11,149 nt of DNA. Source: an uncultured archaeon (GTDB lineage: Archaea; Asgardarchaeota; Heimdallarchaeia; Heimdallarchaeales; Heimdallarchaeaceae). A model generated the notes under the pieces. It had not been told where the DNA came from. It saw nothing but the letters and a program-made list of their open reading frames with translations, and ran no database searches. Below are positions 1 through 8,377 of the stretch, piece by piece (the first letter of the stretch is position 1; every line of letters begins with the position of its first letter). The position numbers were made by a program, and so were the translations under genes. The stretch lies in the NCBI GenBank assembly GCA_964534625.1, contig CAZHRF010000069.1:1-11149 (forward strand), in the 5' to 3' direction.

Positions 1-39
1 TAGTGTGACCATTGCTAAGTATATATTGGTGAAAACAAA

Positions 40-309
40 ATGGCAGAAAAAAAACCAATCAAAAGTCAAAACCAGAAGAAAAATACACAAGAAGAAAAAC
101 TAGTCAGAAAGATTAACTACTTTGCTGGGTCATTAATCGCAATTTAATTTCTTTTTCTTTTACTTGTATTATTTTTTCATTAGTACCTCCGAAATAGTAC
201 TTTACTTGTATAATGTTAAAGATAGAAATGCTAAAATTTGCTTTAATGGATAAAACACTTAAATATTTTCTTAATTCGGAAGTACTTTCATGAGCGGTTT
301 ACAAAATAG
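40..309 (+). pseudogene. Small single-pass membrane protein gene with an in-frame stop, interrupted by a MITE
   Basis: GGTGA at 28-32 precedes ATG 40. The frame reads MAEKKPIKSQNQKKNTQEEKLVRKINYFAGSLIAI*(145-147)FLFLLLVLFFH. Removing 181-291 continues it as ERFTK* (ends 309). The hydrophobic segment spans the stop. Confidence 0.45.
181..287. mobile_element. MITE-like non-autonomous element (~106 bp)
   Basis: Inverted ends AGTACCTCCGAAAT (182-195) and AATTCGGAAGTACT (273-286) match at 12/14. Flanking direct repeat TTCAT at 176-180 and 287-291. No ORF inside. Confidence 0.6.
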
Positions 310-355
310 CATAGGAATACTTTTTTTAATAATGAGTGAAATTGATTGATAGAAC

Positions 356-1297
356 ATGTCAAAGAGAGGAAAAAAAAGATATTCTAAGAAAAAATCTAAT
401 TATATTCCACATAAAGCAGCAGCTAATTTTAAACCCACATATGATTGGAAGAAAAAGGAAGCCTTGGAAGAATATAATAAAACCAAAACGGAAAAGAATG
501 AATTAGTTTTAGATACTATTTACTATGAAGATTGTATTACAGGTATGAAACGTCTTCCTTCACACTCAATTGATCAAGTTATTGCAGATCCTCCCTTTGG
601 ATTAGACTTTAATAAATTACAAGCATTGTATAATAGAAATGGCGACCATGTGGTCACGGGATATGAAGATGTCAAAATAGAAAATTACAAAGATTTCACC
701 TATAAATGGATAGAACAGCTCCCAAGGATCATGAAAGATCATGCTGGTGTATGGCTATTTAGTGGTTGGTCAAATCTAAAGGATGTACTAAACGCGTTAG
801 ATGATAATAATCTTACAACAGTCAATCATATCATATGGAAGTACCAATTTGGAGCATTTACAAAACATAAATTTGTTAGCTCACATTATCATTTACTCTT
901 CGCTGTCAAAGATGAGAATAATTATTTTTTCAACAAAATTGAACATTATCCCGAAGACGTATGGATCATCAATAGACGATATCATAAAGGTATAAAAAAG
1001 AATGCCACCAAACTACCTATAAAAGTAGTACTACGATGCATAGATTTTGGTAGTCAACCTGGTTCAGTAGTTCTTGATCCTTTTATGGGGAATGGAACGA
1101 CAGCAACAGCTTGCAAGAGTAGTTTTAGGCATTTTATTGGTTATGAAATAAATAGGGAGCTGAAAGAGATAATTGAGAGTAACGTCAATGTAATAAAGTT
1201 AGGACAATTTTATAAGAAGTACTCGAAAAGACCAGACAAAATTGTAATAGAAGCAAGAAAAAAATTTAAAGAGAAAAAAAAGAATACTAAAAGATAA
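356..1297 (+). CDS. Site-specific DNA amino-methyltransferase (N4-C/N6-A), beta class, orphan
   Basis: Catalytic motif IV (IADPPF) precedes SAM-binding motif I (VLDPFMGNGTT). Also IYYEDC and FIGYEIN. This motif order defines the beta class. Confidence 0.93.
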   Translation: MSKRGKKRYSKKKSNYIPHKAAANFKPTYDWKKKEALEEYNKTKTEKNELVLDTIYYEDCITGMKRLPSHSIDQVIADPPFGLDFNKLQALYNRNGDHVVTGYEDVKIENYKDFTYKWIEQLPRIMKDHAGVWLFSGWSNLKDVLNALDDNNLTTVNHIIWKYQFGAFTKHKFVSSHYHLLFAVKDENNYFFNKIEHYPEDVWIINRRYHKGIKKNATKLPIKVVLRCIDFGSQPGSVVLDPFMGNGTTATACKSSFRHFIGYEINRELKEIIESNVNVIKLGQFYKKYSKRPDKIVIEARKKFKEKKKNTKR

Positions 1298-1370
1298 ATT
1301 ATATAATTGTCCTCAAATGGAAAGTATCTTTCAGTAATTTTATCCCTAACGTGAAAAAAAAAGCAATATG

Positions 1371-1378
1371 TTTATTAT
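1371..1378 (+). promoter_or_regulatory. Candidate archaeal TATA box for a leaderless transcript
   Basis: TTTATTAT with an A-rich tract upstream, about 22-29 nt before ATG 1400. Confidence 0.3.
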
Positions 1379-1399
1379 TATTTGCTACTCTCTTATAAT

Positions 1400-1753
1400 A
1401 TGGTAGTTAGAACGATTGATGTCAAAGGTGCTGGATACATTGATAGCATTATTGGCGGAATAATTTTAGTTGTACAGGGTATATTAACCTTTTTTGGTGG
1501 TTTAGGAGTTGTAGGAGGATCAGTTCTAGGATTCTTAAGTGATATTTTTGCTGGGATCATAATGATTATACTCGGTTTACTTGTGCTTCTATTAGTTTGG
1601 GAGCAAGTTCAATATTTATTTAAAACTGGACCTATAATTAGGAATGATCTTATTATTGGAATTGTTGTTACCATTATAGGATTAGTAGCTGGTGGTTCAG
1701 CAGGTTTATTAATTGTAGTTGGTGGTATTCTTTTCATAATAGGTTCTATATAA
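1400..1753 (+). CDS. Small Gly-rich integral membrane protein (~4 TM), unknown function
   Basis: Strongly hydrophobic ORF with GxxxG-like motifs. ATG 1400 (MVVRT) is preferred over TTG 1382. Confidence 0.75.
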   Translation: MVVRTIDVKGAGYIDSIIGGIILVVQGILTFFGGLGVVGGSVLGFLSDIFAGIIMIILGLLVLLLVWEQVQYLFKTGPIIRNDLIIGIVVTIIGLVAGGSAGLLIVVGGILFIIGSI

Positions 1754-1799
1754 GCGAGTCCGTCGAGGAAATTGAAAATACAAGTTAAATGTAATGTGA

Positions 1800-1826
1800 T
1801 TTTTTTTATTTTCATGCTTTATTTTT
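1800..1826 (+). terminator. Oligo-T tracts, likely archaeal intrinsic terminator
   Basis: Several T runs about 50-70 nt after the stop at 1753. Confidence 0.35.
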
Positions 1827-2037
1827 ATGTGAACGTCTTCTTGAAACCCCCCCTTTTTTTTTACATTAAAAACGTATTTAGTAAATGATGATCATTTTCA
1901 CTTCACCTTGCACATTCATTAGCTGTTTTTCTTTACACAACATCATAGGCGATAATTTAATCTTTTTTTCACAATAATTTTATAGTAGTGCTTTTTAGAT
2001 TATTTGATATGAAAATTCTCAGAGAGAGAGCGAAAGA

Positions 2038-3447
2038 ATGAAAAAATTACCATCTTATCTTATATTTTCCGTTCTTTGTATTATTGTTGGAATAGGACTG
2101 TTTTTGTTAGCTCTAAGAAACTTTCTTCTTTTTCATACATTAATTGAGATGCTGATCATTATTGTTATGATACTGATTTCAGTGATTGCTTGGAATGGAA
2201 GAAAATATTTAGAAAATGATTTTTTATTGTTTATTGGTATTTCTAATCTCTTTATATCAAGTATACAACTTTTACACACTTTGTCTTATAAAGGGTTAAA
2301 CATTTTTCCAAATTATATGTCTAATCTCCCTAGCTCTCTATGGGTCTTTGCTCGTTACTTGGAAGCTTGTTCATTCCTTTTTGCTCTGTTGTTTATCAAT
2401 AGGAAACTCAATATCAGTATAACTTTTGTCGTTCTCTCTTCCTTGACTATCACCATGTTAGTTCTTATTTTTACAGGTCATTTTCCAGTTTGTTATATAG
2501 AGGACAAGGGGTTAACTTTATTCAAAATCGTGAGTGAGTATATCATTTCTGCACTTTATTTGATTTCTATTATTCTTTTGATTATTTTGAACCCATTAAG
2601 AAAAAAAATACAAAATTTAGTCGTTTTTTCGCTTGTTTTCAAGATAATTAGTGAACTTTCTTTTACTCTATATGTCGATGTATATGGTATCTTGAACATT
2701 ATAGGCCATTTATCTTTTTTCGCTAGTACCTTTTTAATTTATAGGGCGATAATATATGAAAGCATTCGAAATCCTTATTCTATCATATTTAATGATTTGA
2801 ATGAAAAAAACACGCAAATCAAAGCGATGTATGATTATCATAGAACTTTGTATAGAACAATTAAGCATGACTTACTAAATCAACTTTTTCTAACTCATGG
2901 ATATCTCCAACTTTTTCAAAAAGAACAAAATGAGTTATATTTGCAAAAATCCCTGACACTCATCGATAAGACAGTTGAAACGCTTCAAGGATTAAGCTCA
3001 TTAATAGCAAGTGAAGCTACAGTGACCACTACTCTACACCCTATATCACTTAGAAATGCAATTGAAAAGGTTTTAGAATTGTATAATATAGATTATCAGA
3101 TCAGCGGAAATTGTATGGTTTCAGCCAATTCAACATTAAATTCAGTAATTGATAATATTGTTAACAATGCCATAAAACATGGCAAATCTGAACATGTAAA
3201 ATTCGATATGAAAGAAGAGAATGATAAGTGTTCTTTAACAATTGCTAATGATGGTAAAAAGATACCTTCAGATGAAGCAAAGAAAATACTAAAAGAAAGT
3301 TATACGAAAGAAGACAAAATAAGATTGGGCATGTACATCACTAACAAGCATGTAACCTTACTGAATGGTAAAATTAAACTAAAAGAAAATAAAGATGGAC
3401 AAGTTGCTTTTGAGATACAACTTCAAAAAGCTCAAAATAGTTCATAA
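2038..3447 (+). CDS. MASE3-domain membrane sensor histidine kinase (or kinase-like protein)
   Basis: Multi-TM N-terminus with MASE3-like motifs (FHTLIE, LLHTLSYKG, LWVFARYLEA). H-box IKHDLLNQL, N-box NIVNNAIKHG, C-terminal HATPase-like region. Confidence 0.85.
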   Translation: MKKLPSYLIFSVLCIIVGIGLFLLALRNFLLFHTLIEMLIIIVMILISVIAWNGRKYLENDFLLFIGISNLFISSIQLLHTLSYKGLNIFPNYMSNLPSSLWVFARYLEACSFLFALLFINRKLNISITFVVLSSLTITMLVLIFTGHFPVCYIEDKGLTLFKIVSEYIISALYLISIILLIILNPLRKKIQNLVVFSLVFKIISELSFTLYVDVYGILNIIGHLSFFASTFLIYRAIIYESIRNPYSIIFNDLNEKNTQIKAMYDYHRTLYRTIKHDLLNQLFLTHGYLQLFQKEQNELYLQKSLTLIDKTVETLQGLSSLIASEATVTTTLHPISLRNAIEKVLELYNIDYQISGNCMVSANSTLNSVIDNIVNNAIKHGKSEHVKFDMKEENDKCSLTIANDGKKIPSDEAKKILKESYTKEDKIRLGMYITNKHVTLLNGKIKLKENKDGQVAFEIQLQKAQNSS

Positions 3448-3554
3448 GTTATGAAAAAAGAATAAAAAACTCGCTGATAATAAGGTCAACTGTCCCAGAG
3501 TTAGCTTATGTTATCACAAGAAAATAATAAAATGATAAAATAGTAAAAACAGTT

Positions 3555-3944
3555 TTATACGATAGACTCTTGTATTTCTATTTGATACCCTTCAGGATCA
3601 TTAAAAACGAAAGCTTTAATTTGAAGATCTGTATTGACAAATAACTCAGAAAGTTCATCTACCTTAGCTTGTTTACAATATTCATAAAAAGATTCAACAT
3701 CAGGAACACGCATACAAATCTGTACTGGTTTAATTTCATGCCATTTATGCATGCCTTTTTTTTCATCTACAATACCAATATAAGCAGATTCTGATATACG
3801 ATAGATCTTACAGAAACCTTGATCGATTTCCAATGGAAAACCAAGAAAATCTCCATAAAAATGCATACCTTTTTGCAGATCTCGATAATAAATAAAAGTA
3901 ATTAATTTTTCAACTTTATTTCCTTCTAGTACTGGTCTTTTCAT
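3555..3944 (-). CDS. VOC (glyoxalase/bleomycin-resistance) family protein
   Basis: DLQKGMHFYGDFLGF and FVFNDPEGYQIEI motifs, 129 aa. Confidence 0.88.
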   Translation of the reverse strand: MKRPVLEGNKVEKLITFIYYRDLQKGMHFYGDFLGFPLEIDQGFCKIYRISESAYIGIVDEKKGMHKWHEIKPVQICMRVPDVESFYEYCKQAKVDELSELFVNTDLQIKAFVFNDPEGYQIEIQESIV

Positions 3945-4132
3945 TTAAATCATCTTTAAAGTATAGCTAATAAGGCTTTTTGAATGTAACTTTTTGACAA
4001 GAGAAATTAGCAATCTTTAAAAAGAAATGAGGGAAAAGGTATTCCAATTTGATTATTAATTACCATGACGAGTTTGTCGCAAGAATTACTGAAATGTTCT
4101 GAATAATAAAATGAAACGGAGTATTCGTAAAA

Positions 4133-5566
4133 ATGAAAGAAGAAATGTCAAATACTGAAAGTGATAGGGAAAGCATAGAATTTAAAGAGCACAAAATGAG
4201 CGTAAAATTATCTTATGGTATAGGTAAATTTCAAGCAGAATTTTTCACAGGGGGATTTGCAGCATTAGTGTTCCTCTATTTTGAAACTGAAGTGGGGTTA
4301 AAAGGCTGGTTGACTGCTTTAGGCATTGTAATTTATAGTATCTGGAATGCCATAAATGATCCTCTAATAGGATTTCTAACTGAAAAACCCACCCCTTTAG
4401 CTAAGAAATGGGGGAGAAGATTTCCCTGGATAATTTTTGGCAGCATCTTTTGGGTATTCAGCTTCATACTAATTTTTGCTGTTCCTCAATCTCTTATAGA
4501 TCAAGATATTCAGTGGGCTTTATTTCTCTGGATGGTCGCAAGCACATGTTTGTATGATCTTCTTTTTACTACATGGGAAGTGAATTATCAAAGTACGTTT
4601 CCTGATAAATTCAGAAATGAAAAAGAAAGAAATAGTGTAGCAGGTGTTGCAACGTTTATCGGTGTGTTTGGCATAGCTGCTGGAGCTTTAGTACCCACTT
4701 TTATTGTGAATTATGGCGTGAAAACATCATATGTTCGTAATTCGGTTATTTTTTCTTTGGTTGGCATAATAATGGTTGTTTTTCTTATATCAGGCGTAAG
4801 AGAGGACCCAGATATGATTAATCGATATTTGGAAGCCAAAGAACAGGAAAAAGAAACTCAAACTGAAGAACCATTTTTTGTTCAATTATTCAATGCTTTC
4901 AAGCACAAAAACTTTCTTGCATTTATTCTTCTCTATTTCTTTTACCAAGCAGGAGTAATGAGCATGAATGCTTCTGTTCATTATGTAGGAAAGTATATCC
5001 TATTTGATGTTAGCAAGACAACAGTGATTTTTGCAGCAATGTTGGTAGGAGCTCTTATTTCTATTCCCATCTGGTTATACGTTGCTAAAAAGATTCAAAA
5101 TAATCAAAAATCTTTGACTATTGCCTCTTTACTTATTGCTGCTTCTTCTTTCCCTATGACTTTCTTAAATACTCAATTAGGCTTTAGTATTGCATTAGGG
5201 TTATGGGGTATGGCATTTGGTGGTTTTTGGTTAACAATGACACCAGCTATGGCTGACGTTATTGATGAAATTGTCGTAAAAACGGAAAGGAGAAACGATG
5301 GGATATTTCTTGGATTTCGAGCTTTCTTTGGGAGACTATCTTATGCTGTTCAAGCGATTTCGTTTTGGATAATTCATGCTTTAACAGGATTTGATCAACA
5401 TGCCACTTTACAATCCGATACAGCTATTTTAGGAATTAAAATCCATTTAGCTATTCTTCCATCACTTCTAGTCCTAGTTGGTACATTCATCTTTTGGAAA
5501 CTCAATGATCTAGATAAGGAAAAAGTACAAGCGAACAAAGCTAAACTTGCTGAAATTCAGCTTTAA
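4133..5566 (+). CDS. MFS transporter, glycoside-pentoside-hexuronide (MelB/GPH-like) family
   Basis: About 12 TM segments. IWNAINDPLIGFLTE, WGRRFPWI, MADVIDE and RRNDGIF motifs. Confidence 0.92.
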   Translation: MKEEMSNTESDRESIEFKEHKMSVKLSYGIGKFQAEFFTGGFAALVFLYFETEVGLKGWLTALGIVIYSIWNAINDPLIGFLTEKPTPLAKKWGRRFPWIIFGSIFWVFSFILIFAVPQSLIDQDIQWALFLWMVASTCLYDLLFTTWEVNYQSTFPDKFRNEKERNSVAGVATFIGVFGIAAGALVPTFIVNYGVKTSYVRNSVIFSLVGIIMVVFLISGVREDPDMINRYLEAKEQEKETQTEEPFFVQLFNAFKHKNFLAFILLYFFYQAGVMSMNASVHYVGKYILFDVSKTTVIFAAMLVGALISIPIWLYVAKKIQNNQKSLTIASLLIAASSFPMTFLNTQLGFSIALGLWGMAFGGFWLTMTPAMADVIDEIVVKTERRNDGIFLGFRAFFGRLSYAVQAISFWIIHALTGFDQHATLQSDTAILGIKIHLAILPSLLVLVGTFIFWKLNDLDKEKVQANKAKLAEIQL

Positions 5567-5767
5567 ACACTTTTTGCAAAGTAATTAAATTTAACTTTTT
5601 TGATGCCTTTTAAAGTAATTAATGAAAGTGAGCAAGAGTAAAAAGATTGAACTAAGCATGTTAGGAAAATCAATTAGATTATGATAAATGCATAAAAAGA
5701 AGACAACCATAATAATAGATGATTCCAATGATGTGCAATTTGACTTTTGACTTTGTAGATTATATTA

Positions 5768-6298
5768 TCACAATTCTGAATATTTTGACTTCATAATAAT
5801 CTTCGCTAGTTCTATAAATGTATCGTTTGTATTCGTACCATCCTTGGCTGAAGTAAACTTATACCGAGAGTGAGGAAAACGCTTTACCATATTGTGTATA
5901 TGTTCTTCTTGCACTTCAATCTGTTGCAAATCTATTTTGTTAACTACGAAGATCACAAATTTGTTTCCAACTACTTCACGAAAGCCTTTTACCCATTTAG
6001 GCAAGTTTTCAAAAGATCTAAAATTAGTAACATCACACACTACTAAAGCTCCCTCCGAGCCCTTATAATATTCTGGATGAAATTTTTGAAAGAATTCTTG
6101 CCCTCCTATGTCCCATATAGCAAGAGAGACAGAAAAAATATCTAGTTCAACTTCTTTTTTTGTGATCGCTGTTCCTATTGTAGCAAGATAGTTGGGATTG
6201 AAATTGTTCTCTTTAAAACGAGTGACCAAAGAAGTTTTACCAACGCCTTCATCACCAAGCATAACTATCTTTTTTATAAAATGGTGTTTATCAGCCAT
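5768..6298 (-). CDS. Ras-superfamily small GTPase, Rab-like
   Basis: G1 GDEGVGKTS, G2 YLATIG, G3 WDIGGQ, G4 NKID, G5 SAK. No C-terminal Cys tail. Confidence 0.93.
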   Translation of the reverse strand: MADKHHFIKKIVMLGDEGVGKTSLVTRFKENNFNPNYLATIGTAITKKEVELDIFSVSLAIWDIGGQEFFQKFHPEYYKGSEGALVVCDVTNFRSFENLPKWVKGFREVVGNKFVIFVVNKIDLQQIEVQEEHIHNMVKRFPHSRYKFTSAKDGTNTNDTFIELAKIIMKSKYSEL

Positions 6299-6448
6299 AG
6301 AACAGCCACAAGATAAACTATTAAAGACGATTTAAATTAATTTCTTTAGTTATATAGTAACATAAACAAATATTCATTTGTTCTAATCTATTCTCTCATC
6401 AAGCAAAAGAAGAGATTTCATCACTAAAATTAATAATTAGCCTATCCT

Positions 6449-6946
6449 ATGAATAAAAGTTCAAGAAGCGATATATTTGATGAAAGAACTGCTCTCACCA
6501 CGCACTTATTACAACTTGGAGGACAAATTCATGCTATTGGAGTTACACTTATTGTTGTTGAATATTCCAATAAAGCAGAAAAGTTTGCGAGATCTTTCCC
6601 AGTAAAATATCTTAGACGTTGGTCTATACTTGCTTTATCTGTTTTCGTTTTACAAATATTCGAACTCTTTCCTCGATGGATTATTACACTTTTATTGTCT
6701 AGTTTATTCAGCGTGGAGATTAATCTTTTGCATCATGGAGTTATTAATAATGTTCTTTTAATTATCCCCATTGCAATATTTGTTGTTTTATGCTATGATT
6801 TGCTTTTATGGCTCTGGTCAAAAATAGACTTCATTTGCTCTTTAGAATGGATAATTATCAACTTCCAATCGCTAATTGTTCAAAGGAAGTCCTATAGGCT
6901 TAACTATGATATGTTTGGAAATATAGAATGGATCAAGCTAAAATGA
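6449..6946 (+). CDS. Hypothetical membrane protein, possibly part of an eroded longer gene
   Basis: 165-aa ORF with hydrophobic stretches. Protein-like sequence continues in shifted frames to ~7130. Confidence 0.4.
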   Translation: MNKSSRSDIFDERTALTTHLLQLGGQIHAIGVTLIVVEYSNKAEKFARSFPVKYLRRWSILALSVFVLQIFELFPRWIITLLLSSLFSVEINLLHHGVINNVLLIIPIAIFVVLCYDLLLWLWSKIDFICSLEWIIINFQSLIVQRKSYRLNYDMFGNIEWIKLK

Positions 6947-7192
6947 ACACAAGATGCTTTTTATGTCGTTATTCTTTTGGTTGCTTTCTGCATTATCTAG
7001 GAATTTTCAGAATGAGATCTGTATGCTGATAAAATTGCTTTAGCAATAAAGCAAAAGGCAGCTGGTAATTATTTAATACCAGAAGATAAGAAAATAAGGG
7101 TTATTTTCGTTATGTTTATATACTATATAGATAGATAGATAAACATTTATTACTATAAATAAATTAGTTGTTATGCCCTTGCATACTAACTA

Positions 7193-8080
7193 ATGGTGAT
7201 AAAAATGTTCTGCGATAATTGTGGTATAAAAATTAAAAAAATGGGCAAATTTTGTCAACATTGTGGTCATAAATTAAAACTTGACCAAACTAGAGATCAA
7301 TCTGAAGCAACTAATCCTCCTCCTCGTTGCACAAATCAATCACTAAATTATAACCAAAACAAACCACAAAAAGCAAATTATCCTGCTCAATTGTATTCAC
7401 CTCATCTTTACCGACACACAACTCCAACAGGAGACAAAATTAAAAGTGCTTATATCCAAGCTATCCATTTTATCCTCTCTTCAGCTATTTATTCTCTTAT
7501 TAACATAATTCTATTGATTATAGGAACAAAGCTTCTTTTTGAAAATTACTTATTGGGAGGACTACTAATTTTCTTAACACTTTTGTTTTGGCCAGTTGGT
7601 TCTATAGCAGCTTTATTATATGCTGCATCACGTGGTATAGGAAAAAACCCATTAGACTTCATAGAAGCATATAAAACAGCCCTCAAATTGATTGGTGAGG
7701 TGATATTATCTTTACTAATAGGATTTGGAATCGCTTTTGTAGTTGGAATATTTGGGTTCTTTATACTTTTGATTGAACCAATTGTTGGTTCTTTGTTATT
7801 AATAGGATCTTTCTTAATCTATGTTATCACATTGATAATGGTGCTTTTTTATGTAATAGAATTTATAAACACGATGGAAAGAAAAGAAAGTGAACCGCAT
7901 TCAACTCTTTATTCTAAAAATATGAATTGGAACGGATTTCAAGAAATAGTGAGAATACATACAAAAAAGGCTACTAGATATCCAGCTGATAAAGGGCAAG
8001 ATAAAAAGAAAATATGTCCTGATTGTGGAGAAGAAATTGGAGAGTTTACTTCTTATTGCACTAAATGTGAAAATAGATGA
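7193..8080 (+). CDS. Zinc-ribbon membrane protein (N- and C-terminal CxxC pairs, ~4 TM)
   Basis: FCDNCG...FCQHCG at the N-terminus, Pro/Gln/Asn-rich linker, hydrophobic core, CPDCG...YCTKC at the C-terminus. Confidence 0.85.
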   Translation: MVIKMFCDNCGIKIKKMGKFCQHCGHKLKLDQTRDQSEATNPPPRCTNQSLNYNQNKPQKANYPAQLYSPHLYRHTTPTGDKIKSAYIQAIHFILSSAIYSLINIILLIIGTKLLFENYLLGGLLIFLTLLFWPVGSIAALLYAASRGIGKNPLDFIEAYKTALKLIGEVILSLLIGFGIAFVVGIFGFFILLIEPIVGSLLLIGSFLIYVITLIMVLFYVIEFINTMERKESEPHSTLYSKNMNWNGFQEIVRIHTKKATRYPADKGQDKKKICPDCGEEIGEFTSYCTKCENR

Positions 8081-8200
8081 ACTACCACTACCTAAAGGCA
8101 GATGGTTTCCTGCTTCATCAAAGTAGCCTTAAACAGCTGAGGTCTTATTTTTTCTCAACAAGCGTCGTCTGTAGTTCCTGTCGTTCCGACAATACATTAT
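8078..8200 (-). ncRNA. Putative TnpB omegaRNA (reRNA) scaffold
   Basis: Lies between the tnpB stop and the right end. The terminal hairpin has a G-U pair only on the minus strand. The 5' boundary is uncertain and may extend into tnpB. Confidence 0.55.
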
Positions 8201-8310
8201 ATTGATACACTAGATCCTTCAAGGACTCTACATTCCTCAGAGTACAAGTTACTTGAAGCCTTAACATCTCCGTCATGAACTGTACCACATGTTGGACACT
8301 CCCAGTCCCC
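8197..8310 (-). pseudogene. tnpB: tnpB C-terminal fragment (zinc finger/RuvC-III region), degenerate
   Basis: Translates as GDWECPTCGTVHDGDVKASSNLYSEECRVLEGSSVSI*, compared with the TnpB pattern WxCPxCGxxHDRDxNAAxNI. Confidence 0.8.
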
Positions 8311-8321
8311 TTTAGAGTGTA

Positions 8322-8341
8322 TTTTTCATTAGTACTTCCGA
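8322..8341 (+). repeat. Solo copy of the MITE left end
   Basis: TTTTTCATTAGTACTTCCGA matches 173-192 at 19/20. 8331-8341 is the exact reverse complement of 276-286. Confidence 0.6.
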
Positions 8342-8377
8342 TAGTTTTAAGAAAAAATAAACTGTTTTTTAAATAAC

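Larger units (their letters stand above)
8078..8310 (-). mobile_element. IS200/IS605-family right-end remnant
   Basis: tnpB 3' fragment followed by ...GATGAAGCAGGAA-ACCATCTGCCT-TT-AGGTAGTGGT-AGTTCA, a subterminal hairpin plus TTCA end typical of these elements. Confidence 0.8.

Noticed and set aside
801-995. 64-aa ORF
   Set aside because: Out-of-frame overlap inside the methyltransferase, with no motifs.
1609-1815. 68-aa minus-strand ORF
   Set aside because: Antisense shadow of the membrane protein gene.
1846-1862. C-run followed by T-run homopolymer
   Set aside because: Intergenic low-complexity sequence with no evidence of function beyond possible termination.
7127-7140. (ATAG)n microsatellite
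   Set aside because: About three units, which is expected by chance in AT-rich DNA.
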